A stretch of DNA of 57,402 nt, the filler included, from Sphacelaria rigidula (Eukaryota): NCBI GenBank assembly GCA_964200075.2. It is 7 parts of 7 records of this genome, joined end to end, with 100 filler letters (N's around TTAATTAATTAA, not from the genome) between each part and the next. Parts side by side here need not be neighbours in the genome. Positions count along the whole stretch, not along the records: positions 1 to 8,115 come from CAXNAA020012247.1; positions 8,216 to 16,330 come from CAXNAA020012248.1; 5 more parts are not named here. The stretch is one strand, 5' to 3'. Position numbers and translations under genes: made by a program. The notes under the pieces were generated by a model. It did not search any database. It had not been told where the DNA came from and saw only the letters and a program-made list of their open reading frames with translations. Positions 1 through 10,146 of the stretch are shown piece after piece. Positions within the stretch are counted from its first letter, which is position 1. Every line of letters starts with the position of its first letter.

Positions 1-400
1 ACTAAAATCAAGTAGTTTGCGGTTTCACCGCGGTACGGCAAACTTCATCGCACAAAGGCCAGAAACCTCACGCAGTTTTAAGGAGTTAGACCCTGAAATT
101 TTGCGCAACTATGCTTTGGGATATTACGCAACTTTGGATGGACGGTTTTTTTTAATTTTAAATTTTGTTGCCGTTTCACGGGGGTCCGCTTGGCTCGAGG
201 TTTCCCCCCAAAAAACTGGGACCCCCGAAAAACGGTGAAATGAGTCAAAAAGAAAAAACTTGACCATCAAAAGTTGCGTGATTACCCATAGAACATTTGT
301 GCAAAATTTCAGGGTCTAACTCCTTCAAACGGCGTGAGGTTTTGCCGATGAGTGTTTTTTCGGTGATAAACGTGAACCAGCCTGTAGTAGTTTTAAGTGG
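1..400. mobile_element. Foldback/MITE-like element with long imperfect terminal inverted repeats (left end cut by window edge)
   Basis: 62-150 (aaacctcacgc..aaggagttagaccctgaaattttgc..cgcaacttt) is the reverse complement of about 255-342. The ORF track mirrors this, with KELDPEIL on both strands. Confidence 0.75.
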
Positions 401-1592
401 GTACATTCCCAATTCTGCCCTTTGACACTCTATTACTCGTCGTTTTTGAACACAAGTATTTTCTTGGCTGCTATCACCTGTACTGTTTCCAGGACTTTGT
501 CTTCCTGTTTTTACACTCTTGGACAATAGCATCAAGCCTCAGTTTTCCAATCTTGGTATCTTTTGTCGGTGGCGGGGCAGCCTCTGTTCTCTTGATTCAT
601 CGATTGATTAATTGTCCGGTTAATTTGTATTTGGGCCGCGTCTGCTCGAGACCCCAAAAAAATCAGTGTCCAAAATCAGCTTCGCCTGTGATGGGTCTTG
701 GCGATATAACCCCTACCCCCCCCCCTCCGAATAAAAAACAGGAGATCGCGAACCCGATTTCTGGTAGCGGGCATCTGATTCCCGACAAGTGCCGTTGTGC
801 CTTTTGAAAACTAGTTGGGCTGTATAAGGAAGCACGTTCCTCGTCGGAGAACATCAAAGTGCGGCGTAACCCCTCTACTGTACTACTGATATTCTCAGTT
901 CCGCTGTACTACTAGCATGCTGAATTGCCATACAACATAGGTATTGTTCGATAATTCAAGATCAATCGCTCTTGGTTGAAGCAGTTTTGCCCTACATGAT
1001 TAAGAATACGTAAATCATCAATCATCGTGTTGGCGAGATGAGAGAGTGAGTAACGTCAGCAGCGTTCACGGTCCGTTGAAAGTTTTTGAATCTTTCCAGG
1101 AAAAGGCGTCATCGCCCTGAATGACGTCACCGGTGGACCAGGGATTTTCCACCAATCAGAAATTTACTTCTGAAACACGATCGATCAAGCAGAGAACTGA
1201 GGGCATCTTTCATCTCTCTACTGGCATGCTCCTCAAGAGACGCACCAGATCACTTCACTTGATAGAAAAGTGTACACTGTACTGCTGCTGTACAGGACTG
1301 TGCAACACTTTCATTGGCGGAGTTGATAGCGGCTGAGCTCGTGTGTCTAACAGTTGGATCTAACGCGAGGCCATCGCAGAAATGCAGGGATGTGGACACC
1401 AAACGAATAATGGGGAGAACATGGATCGGTCGCTAAGAAGCCGGCCATGATAAGATAGATGGACCTCACCAAGGTACAAAATAAATCAATGGAATAACCT
1501 TTGACTCGCTCTGTAACAAAACTCGAATAGCGACAAAGGACAACACGGGTAGAAGGAGAAGATGAGTGTACTGCAGTAACGTTGACACTTTT

Positions 1593-1723
1593 CCCCTAGT
1601 GTACGGACGTTGGGCCATGAGAAGGTAACCCGATTCCCAGGGCGCTGATTTCCCCCCTTCCGCGACCCGAATGTGCCGTGAAATCGTTTCGTACAGGCGA
1701 GGAAACGGTCGCTATACTAGGGG
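1593..1723. mobile_element. Small MITE-like element with ~20-bp imperfect TIR
   Basis: cccctagtgtacggacgtt ... aacggtcgctatactagggg. Confidence 0.45.
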
Positions 1724-1848
1724 ATGGATGGTGGCCACAAACGGCGAAACAGGAAGGGGATAAGTGATGTATAATTACTTTGCGTTATATATGGAAACAT
1801 CGTAATGATCGCCCAAATGTAGAGGTGTCTGTATCAGGAGTAGGAGCG

Positions 1849-1914
1849 GTGCTCCGTCTCGACAGGGATGCGTGGTCAATGGCCAAATGACCAAGGCAAG
1901 CAACAAATGAGTAC
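1849..1914 (+). repeat. 66-bp dispersed structured repeat, copy 1 (candidate structured RNA)
   Basis: Near-identical, same-length copies at 37831-37896 (+) and 49302-49367 (-), plus a degraded copy at about 27925-27985 (-). Confidence 0.85.
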
Positions 1915-2066
1915 GCGTCGAGCGCCGCCAACCGACCTAAAATCGGAATCGAGGAGAAACAAACCGGCACACAGAAAGATTGCATCAACCNNNNNNNNNC
2001 CTCCCACCCCCCACCAACTTTTCACGGCTCTTTTCATCGCTCGACCTGTGCTGCTTTCTCGCCCAG

Positions 2067-2153
2067 GTGCAAATAGACGAAAACAACCGGGGTTTCCAGC
2101 TGCTGGAAGGCATGGGTTGGAAGCTGGATGAAGGGGTAGGCGCGCGCAAGCAG
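2067..2153 (+). CDS. G-patch domain protein, internal exon (VQIDENNRGFQLLEGMGWKLDEGVGARKQ)
   Basis: Acceptor ctttctcgcccag. Typical G-patch pattern N-x-G-F-x-L-L-x-x-M-G-W-x4-G-x-G. Ends CAG|GCAAGC (GC donor) and continues in frame at 5132. Confidence 0.85.
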
Positions 2154-2209
2154 GCAAGCAAAACTCACAGCAGAGTTATTTAATCTGCAGTACAATACTA
2201 TATTAATAC

Positions 2210-2605
2210 ACAAGGTTCCCCTTCGGGAGGTTGGTACTGGCCTCCCAGGGGTGACGCAAGTCGAAAATATATCAGTGCCATTTTTTTTCCATATTATGGA
2301 GGCATTTGTGTGGGAGAATATTTACCTTCCAGTAGATACTGTCACATTCCGCAGTTTCAATTGTCTCAGACCAAGAGTGGAGACCATCACGGGAAGAGGG
2401 GTGGGCACTTCCAGCATGAAAAGCTCGTATCACGGGCGGTGTGCGGAGGTGGAAAAAGCACCATCACGCACGAGACCCGTCACAGCACACATCGCAAGTG
2501 ATTGCTACTGTAAAAGGTCGCGTCCCGGTAGTACTCGGCGAACTTGTGCAGGGTTCTCTACATGCCGACCCCACCCCGCGCGCACGGATTTCAAATCACA
2601 CTTGG
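2210..2605. repeat. ~380-bp dispersed repeat (probable non-autonomous TE), copy 1
   Basis: Highly similar to 17719-18093. Ends ACAAG...CTTG(T/G). Confidence 0.85.
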
Positions 2606-3190
2606 TAGACCTTAAGAGATGTACGTGAACAATGAATGGTACTCGATTTTACTTTATTTTAGACTGAAGAAAGTTCTAAGAAAGTTCATGATTTGGGACA
2701 GGTGAGTAGTGGTGAGCAGTAGACCCAGCTCGTCCAGAACGTGTCTTGGTCCAGAGTTGGCTCAAAGGTGTCGATCTGAGCTCTCGCAACGCACACTTTA
2801 CTTAAGAAACACTCTTGACCCCCCTAGCCCGAGAGTTTTCGGTATGCCTTGGTCGGTGTTAGGGTTAGCGTTAGGGTTGGCGGCATCTACAGGGTATCAA
2901 CCATTTTTTACGTACATTTCTTCAGGTCCCCTCTGTGAAATACCTGCGTAGGGATGCATCCCCGTCACAAGGACATCTCTGTAATCCCTGTCACAAGAAA
3001 ACCCCTGCGCCGGTACTACACAGGTGCATCCTGTGAGGGAACTCTCTCTTACGGGTTGCATGATCACTGGGATTTTGGTACCCCCTGCGCTGGTCCTCCA
3101 CAACAGGTGACCCACAGCGGGGACGTTTGCCCACGTGTGTGCCTCGTTCAACTCGCCAACGGCTCATTGCACGGTCTTGTGTTCGCTGGT

Positions 3191-3594
3191 GACTAAGGCG
3201 AAGGCAGTGTTCAATTGTTTGTACTGCTTTTGCTCTCATGTTCTCGTGACATTCGCTGCATACCCGCCGTCTTCGTGCTCCCAAATCAACGAGATCTAAA
3301 AAGAATCGCGGTGAAAAAATACCCCGCAATGAACAGGCTTTTGTGATTCAATTTCCTGTTTGAAGTTTTCCATCGGCTTGAAGAGGCTTTGGTGGTTTGG
3401 GATCGACACCCCGCGAAAAAGAGCCAGTTTGACCGACTTTCGATGGCCAGAATACGCGCCACAGGTATCAGATGGCATCCAAATCTGAACATTAACATAC
3501 CGCTGCGCCTTCTTCGTGCGCTGTAAAGGAAGCGCGGGATAAAATGCCTTACTGTCAGAGAAAAATTGGCAAAAGTGGTGAAAAATGTGAAATG
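3191..3594. repeat. ~400-bp dispersed repeat, copy 1
   Basis: Colinear with 19232-19637 (gttctcgtgacattcgctgcata...gatcgacaccccgcgaaaaa...aaaaatgtgaaatg). Confidence 0.85.
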
Positions 3595-3978
3595 ATACAT
3601 GTACGTATAGGACATGATTATGGCACCCATTTCAGCTGTATAGACGTCTGGTAGTAAAGATCACCACTCAGCGAGTGTTGGGGAATAAAAGTGCACGCCG
3701 CAGCGAGTGGAACTATCAAAGCGTTTCAGCTTTCATGCAATGCTTAATCCGTCGTAAATGGCCGCTTCAGCAGGCGGTGTTGTCGATTCCAAGCTGCATA
3801 CTAGGCCATCCGATAGATCTCATCTCGGTTCGGTGTCGATTGATTGATTGTCGAACATTAACTGATCCCCAGAGGACCCAGCGGTGGTCATTATCCATAA
3901 CTATCCTAAAGGTGAAGAGAACGACAACACTCGCAAAAGGACAGTCAAGGTAGGTAAACATGAAAAAAAAGAACAAAC

Positions 3979-4180
3979 GGTGTGTGTATGTGTGTGTGCA
4001 GTCATGTAATAAATTCTAGACGCCAGTTCACACCTTGCGGTATTTCGTGCACGAACCAGCCGGGTTCGCACGGAAGGTCAACACAGCATTTGTTGTTCCA
4101 TCCTTATTTCTTTAGCACTCCGCCTTCCTCCTGCGGTGCTTGCCTTGTCGTTGTTTTTCCTCGTCGCGAGGAGGGTTCAG
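3979..4180 (-). mobile_element. SINE family A, diverged 5'-truncated copy
   Basis: (TG)n on + followed by cgccagt..cacacc..cctgcggtgcttgcctt..tcgcgaggagggttcag, matching 26230-26440. Confidence 0.65.
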
Positions 4181-4685
4181 GGGAGAAAATTCAACAGAAA
4201 TACGAGGAGACAATCTACAAAACATGCAGATGCACAGTGACGAAAGCCGAGTGACGTGGAGAAACTACGAACTCCCAAGCTTGGGATCGTTTTCGTCAAT
4301 GTAGCCCGTATGAGACACCTTCTTTCAGTCTCAAACCAGCTATCACGCGTTGTATGGCCATTTTTTTGTGACAGTTTTGGGCCTGGTTTGGGGAGGGGGG
4401 CTATCGCGTTATCTCTTGAAAGTTCGTACGTATGAAGAATGACTGTCGTAAAAAACATGAAGAAATTGCTGGGCTGGGGATAAGAGGCCATAATAGGAAA
4501 CCATGAAATAAGAAATAACGCTCATATCTGCTGCCAAAGTAAGACTTTGAGCCTCGCTCAAATGGCTGTTTCCTATGAACGGCCGGCCACTGTGTGTGCA
4601 AAATACGGCATCGAGCTGCTTCTATTTAATATTTTGTTGGGCTGAAACTGGTCCTATTTGTTACTACAACAGAAAACAGGTCGCT

Positions 4686-4915
4686 ATGTGTCTGTGTGTG
4701 TTGTCATTCCATCTATTCTGGGCGCCAGTCTACACCCTTTGGTATATGTTGGCGTATCAGCCAGGGTCACACAGGAGGAAGGCCAACACAGGATTTTTTT
4801 TTTTCTTGTTTCTAGTACTTCACCTTCCTTCTGCGGTGCTTGCCTTATTTTTTTATCGCGAGAGGGGTTCAGCAGTCCCTTCCCCTCGTCGAACGTGAAG
4901 TCGATTTTTTTGCTT
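4686..4915 (-). mobile_element. SINE family A, 5'-truncated copy
   Basis: ttctgggcgccagtctacacc...gtcacacaggaggaaggccaa...tcccttcccctcgtcg matches the body of 26230-26480. Confidence 0.8.
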
Positions 4916-5131
4916 CTGTAGCAAGATAGTAAGTGTCAACATCAGTCGATACATCACTGTGTACTGGCGTATACACATCTGCAGCTGCAGCGTCCGTGAT
5001 ATTCTCTCGTGCAGGGTACAGACTCGGGAGTTGATCAACCCCCCCCCCCCTGGCTAATGCTTCTCTCTTCCCCATTCCCACCCATGCCTGTCCCGTGACA
5101 TGATGACAACACACCCTGCAACGTTCTACAG

Positions 5132-5872
5132 GGGCGTGTGAACCCTCTCCAGACTACGTTCAATACGTATACGAGCGGACTCGGGGCGGGCAGGAAGCTC
5201 AAGCCGAGGGTGACCCACTTTCCGTCACACGTGCCGTCGCAGGCCCGAAATTTGTCCGACGGGAAAAGTGACGCGGTTCGCGCGCACGAACGCTTGTCCG
5301 CTGGCAACGGCGACGGTCATTGTGGTCGTTGCGTCAGCGACCGGCGGGTTAATAACGATCAACGTCATAAGCGGCGACGAGGGGGGCGAGGTGTTGGTCG
5401 CAGTTATCCTGACGGTGATGGTCATGACATGGTGCTCGGTGAAGGGCAGGGAAATCGGCGAGGACGTTGTAAAGCCTTCCCGCAAGTGGGCGAAAATGGA
5501 TGTTGCCACAGAAATGACTGTCGTGTTGTGGATGATGGCGGAGAGAGCGGGAAAGCACGAAGTGGTGGGAGTACTGATGGCGGTGCGGGTGGAGCTAGGG
5601 GATTGGGTGCCGGGGCAGTCAGTAATGATGATGGCAGAGTTTCCTGTCGTGGTACGGGTGCGGACGCTGATGGGAGATACAGTCACGCAGCGCACTGTGC
5701 ATACAGGAAACGTGGTGTTGGCGGTGCTGGTGTTGGGAAGAGGACTGGTCGTGGAGTGTTTCTAACGAGGGTGGAGCGAGAGGCAGAGGGCGAGAGGGAG
5801 CGGCGCAAAGATCGTCGGAGGAGGTTCGAATTGTTCTCGGATATTCCGGAGGAATACGCTGCTCTATCATGA
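5132..5872 (+). CDS. G-patch domain protein, terminal exon (GRVNPLQTTFNTYTSGLG...FSDIPEEYAALS*)
   Basis: Acceptor ttctacag ends at 5131. The first residues complete the G-patch (G-x3-P-L-x8-GLG). The frame is open for 741 bp to TGA, with a G/R/D-rich low-complexity tail. Confidence 0.8.
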   Translation, partial: GRVNPLQTTFNTYTSGLGAGRKLKPRVTHFPSHVPSQARNLSDGKSDAVRAHERLSAGNGDGHCGRCVSDRRVNNDQRHKRRRGGRGVGRSYPDGDGHDMVLGEGQGNRRGRCKAFPQVGENGCCHRNDCRVVDDGGESGKARSGGSTDGGAGGARGLGAGAVSNDDGRVSCRGTGADADGRYSHAAHCAYRKRGVGGAGVGKRTGRGVFLTRVEREAEGERERRKDRRRRFELFSDIPEEYAALS

Positions 5873-8115
5873 CTGACGGCTGACTTGTTTTGTGCCTACC
5901 TTTTATTGCGTTTTTTTGTGGGCGTTTGTTTTTCTCGCACAACACGTCTCAGATTTTAATTCCACGTTGATTTGATTCGATCGATCAATTGGTTGGTTGA
6001 TCGATTGGACTGATTGGTGAATTGGTTCGGTTGTCGCACGCCATCAGCTAATCCGCTGCGCATGCAGACATTATCACAAGATGACGAACCCAAGGCAAAC
6101 AAATGAATGCAAGCACTCCCTGAAACGTAACCAGAGGCTCCAAGGGCGAAATGAAACGAAGGGAGAAAACAAATGGCGTACATTGACGTGAACGCCAGGC
6201 TAGGGTCCTGATCTAGGTACGTACCGGTCCCGAGGACATGAACCGGAAGATCCCTGCCAGGGTTTGGGGTAAGGAGGTCCTGCGAAACGCAAGGCCAGGG
6301 GACCAATTGATGTCTTCCCCTGCATACGCCTCAAGTACTGAAAAATATGCAGGGTGCGCGGAGACGTATACGGGGGAAAGGCCGAAAAAATGTGCCTCTG
6401 GAATGCGCCTAGAATGTTGTGAAATTTCCAGGTTTCAGATGGGTTGTGGGCGAAAAATGCGCTGTTTCATGAGCCTTTTTTTGCGTATATACATAATGAC
6501 TACCAAATATTACCTTTTGGTATATCATGATATTTATCATGGTGACGCAATGCGAGGTGGTGTCAAGGTAGGGGGGCAATTTTAAGGCCAGAACATGTCT
6601 GAGGTTGAACACTCAGATTGAGCCCCGATGTTTCTCATCTAGGAGCTCCTGAAGTAGAGGGCACACACCGTAGTTTTTTCGTGCACCCGTGCCGTGACAG
6701 CACTCCAAGGGGTACAATGCATGTTGTGTGCCCTCCATACAACTGTACGTACTCCCCTACCTCCTATCGGCGTACATGTTGTGGCTCTTTACTCTTTATC
6801 CTCCGTCTGCAGCGCGTGAGAGGCAGTTTTTTCAATCGGACCATGATCAAAGGTTACGAGCTGGGCCAGCTTAAAAGCTGCTGAAACTTGCTCACACCAC
6901 AGTTTCCCTAGTTTCCCGAATGAAGCCGATGTAAGCATATCACTATGAAGTGTATACCAACCTGGTGACACACGGCACCGCCGCTAAACGAACAGAAAAT
7001 GAAAAAAGTGTACTGCATAATGTATGACTTTAACGATGGACGAGAAAAAAAGAGAATCTGTCGGGATTCGAAGTCAAGACCTTCATAATTGGAGTCTCCC
7101 ATCACTTGATCAATAGGGGTGCAGCAGTGTCACGGAAAATGTTGAATGCACGGCCCAATTCGACGAGTCTTGAGCTTCTTCAGCTGAAATATCAGGAAGA
7201 CCTCCTGCACCCAAGGAACTGGTACTTCACGTGTCGAGCCGCAGATTCTCCTTCTTTTCCTGGACTTATGACATTATCTTGTTTTTGCTACAATTTCAAA
7301 TGCCCTTGGCTGGCCCAGCTTGTTGTGGCGAAATAGATTGGAAAATGATATTTTCCAATTCCAATTTTACAAAGTGAACTTGGTTTCTGTTGCGGGTAAA
7401 AATCCAACCAAACGTTTTTCTGCGACAGGATTTCTGCCACACTTTTTGCTAGATTTTTTTTCTCTGAAACCCCTATTGATTTCAATTTTTTTGGGAGATA
7501 ACTTTGTCAAATAGACACCAAACGCATCTTGCTTCAAGGGGCACCTGGACACACCGTGGTTGCTGCTACCTGCCTAGTATCACCCTCTAAATCTAAGTCT
7601 GCGTGAGAACGCCCAGCGTTTGGTGTCCATGTACAAGGATGATCTACATCTTGTATCATCCTCTCAAACGTACCCGACAAGGGGGCAACATCCCCGTACG
7701 GACAGTAGCAATGCTCCGTAGCGGATTCTACGTCCTGACAGTCTGGCAGCCGGCAAGGTGGTTATGGTAGTGTCCTAGCGATATCAACTTAGAGCTACTG
7801 TGCACTGGAGCAGTGTTTGAAGATCAATATTTTGGCGATTACCTCACCTGCAGTTCGCCCAGATATTGCGGATTTTATTCACGATATCACTGAGTAACAT
7901 TACGTAGATTTGCATGCGGAAATTTACCAGACCCTCCGTTACATTATAAGTGGAGATGTACCAGACCCTGCATTATCTATGGAGATGTACCCAACCGTGG
8001 ACAGAGATTGAACATTTCTACAGTCAGCACCGTCCTTCCTGGCGTATGTGTGTGACAGAGAACAGTAGTAGCGGTGACGGGAACATTGCCCTATTTTTTC
8101 AACATGGTTTTCAGC

Positions 8116-8215
8116 NNNNNNNNNNNNNNNNNNNNNNNNNNNNNNNNNNNNNNNNNNNNTTAATTAATTAANNNNNNNNNNNNNNNNNNNNNNNNNNNNN
8201 NNNNNNNNNNNNNNN
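8116..8215. other. Artificial contig linker
   Basis: N44-TTAATTAATTAA-N44, which gives stops in all six frames. Confidence 0.98.
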
Positions 8216-9204
8216 GGTATCGCCACTTCCAGAGACAGCCGCAGCTTTTATACTGCCTCACGGGTGTCTACGCGGGGGGGGGGGGAGAGAGGGGGGGGCG
8301 GGGCGTCCACAGGATCTCGGAGGGTTTTTCGTCGGGCACTCCTGTGTCACCCATGACTTTCAGCTCCTCAATGTGAGGGGTCGCATTTTCTACATTTCTC
8401 CACATTTTTGAAGGAGAAACAAGCCGAATAACGCAATTTTTCTCGCCTCCGGCGGCGCTCCCGCGGGGCCCCTTCACCAGCCGCCTGGGCCCCGATTGAC
8501 TGGAAAACAATCGATGTACTGGCTGCTGGCGCGGCCAGTTGACTCTTCACTGGTCAGAGCAGCCGGTTCACATTCCTAATTATTGCCCTTAACTCATTAC
8601 GAAATCTTTGCGTGCAGAGGTGATGTTTTTTATAGCGCCCTACTCATTCTTTAAACAAAATTTTAGGGGCCAACTTCAAATATTGGCCGACGAATGGGCC
8701 GTTTAGTAACCGGGTCGGTAGAAATTCGGAACAGTACTTTGCAGGCCACTTGCTGGCCAACGTTTGGTGTTTGTGTATTGAAATTCTGTGTGGGACTTCG
8801 CTGGAGTATAATGAACCGAAAGAATAAGCACGGGTTGATCTTTATATATATATATATATATATTCACTGGTTTGGGGTGTTCTAGTATCGTAACGGCCAC
8901 TCTTCTCAGGACAATGCCGGTCCGGCGTGAACCCGGCGTGCTTCGTCCCGGATTCGTAGGGGCGGACCCCCGATGGGGTTGACGTCGGTTGACGATGACG
9001 CTATAAAACACGCGACTCACGACGGAAGCTAGGCAACCAGGTCACCGTTTTTTTCTTGCGCGCTTGGGTTTTTTTTGCGGTAACCATGTCGGTAGTCGAG
9101 CTAGATCATATTGCGCGGCGTGGGAGAACCTCAACTCCGCACGATGAGGATGATCGTACCACGCAATGTGTAAATGGTGGGGCACCCATGAAAATGTCCA
9201 AGCC

Positions 9205-9460
9205 GTGGCTGTCTCTGGAAGTGGCGATACCAGACAGGAAAGCAAATCATTGGAGGCTGTCATCCAAATGCAAGATAATCAGTGGGCTTCGGGCCGAACA
9301 ATCTCAGCAGGATGCAGCTCACCCTTCATACGGCTCAAACACACCACGGCGCTTCGCGCTTGGTGATTGGGTGCATGCCTGGTCCGGCGAAAACCCGGCG
9401 TGGTCCGTCCCGACTTTGTGGGGATGCGAGGTCTTGACTATGGCATGCATGATCATTGAG
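9205..9460 (+). repeat. ~250-bp dispersed repeat family C
   Basis: Copies at 50680-50935 (+), 41075-41228 (-), 8216-8240 (-) and a partial at about 8915-8965. Shared tctggaagtggcgataccaga and cgcttcgcgcttggtgatt...cctggtccggcgaaaacccggcg. Confidence 0.85.
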
Positions 9461-10082
9461 TACATCCCCCATGGAAATGAAGGCCCCCATTTTTTTCAAT
9501 CAGCATACCTCCGTGGTTCTTCATGATGAGTTTCAAATCATAATTCCAAAAATTGAGCTAAACAATTGGGGTAAGGCGTGAGAGCAGTGTTCATGTACCC
9601 TCAAAACTCTCCTCGAGAAACGAACACCCCCCCGACAAGAGCTGTTTTTTCGTTACAATGTGTACCAGCGGTTTTCCATACAGATTTCATATCCAACTCT
9701 CGGAAACTGAGACAAGATATCCAGATTCAGGGCAGCTAGTGCCGCTGCTCGCAATACATCGATTCACGTTTGGAACCTTATATGCGCAATATCTCGAGAT
9801 AGATCACGAAATAGGTGAAGTTGAGGTGCCGTCTCCCCGTATTCCAAGGAATGTTCACACCAAAAATCGTCATCATCCGGTGAATGTAACGTTCGAGATT
9901 TCATTACTTGACATGGGGTTTCATCGACGAGAAAAATATTGGCCCAGACTTCTGAGCAGATGATCATCTTTCTCTTGTTCAGACGATTAGTACGATATGC
10001 GGATCACGGCCCAACTCGTCTGTGTCGATGAGATATCGCCTTGAGCGCTTACATCCGCGTCTAGGCTAGCCTAGCTCGTGAA

Positions 10083-10146
10083 GGTTATCTCAAACTCGAA
10101 TTTCCCGGTATACTTGACAGATGTATATAAGTTTGAGATACCTCCA
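10083..10146. mobile_element. Tiny hairpin MITE
   Basis: tatctcaaact...agtttgagata inverted repeat. A related copy lies in the opposite orientation at 14882-14956. Confidence 0.6.

Noticed and set aside
2858-2880. Telomere
   Set aside because: Only about three imperfect TTAGGG units, internal to an intron.
5225-5765. Overlapping ORFs 5225-5695 (-) and 5268-5765 (+) as separate genes
   Set aside because: They are shadow frames of the G-patch terminal exon.
8160-8171. Regularly spaced TTAATTAATTAA palindromes as a biological array
   Set aside because: They are embedded in N-runs of identical length and are a six-frame-stop assembly linker.
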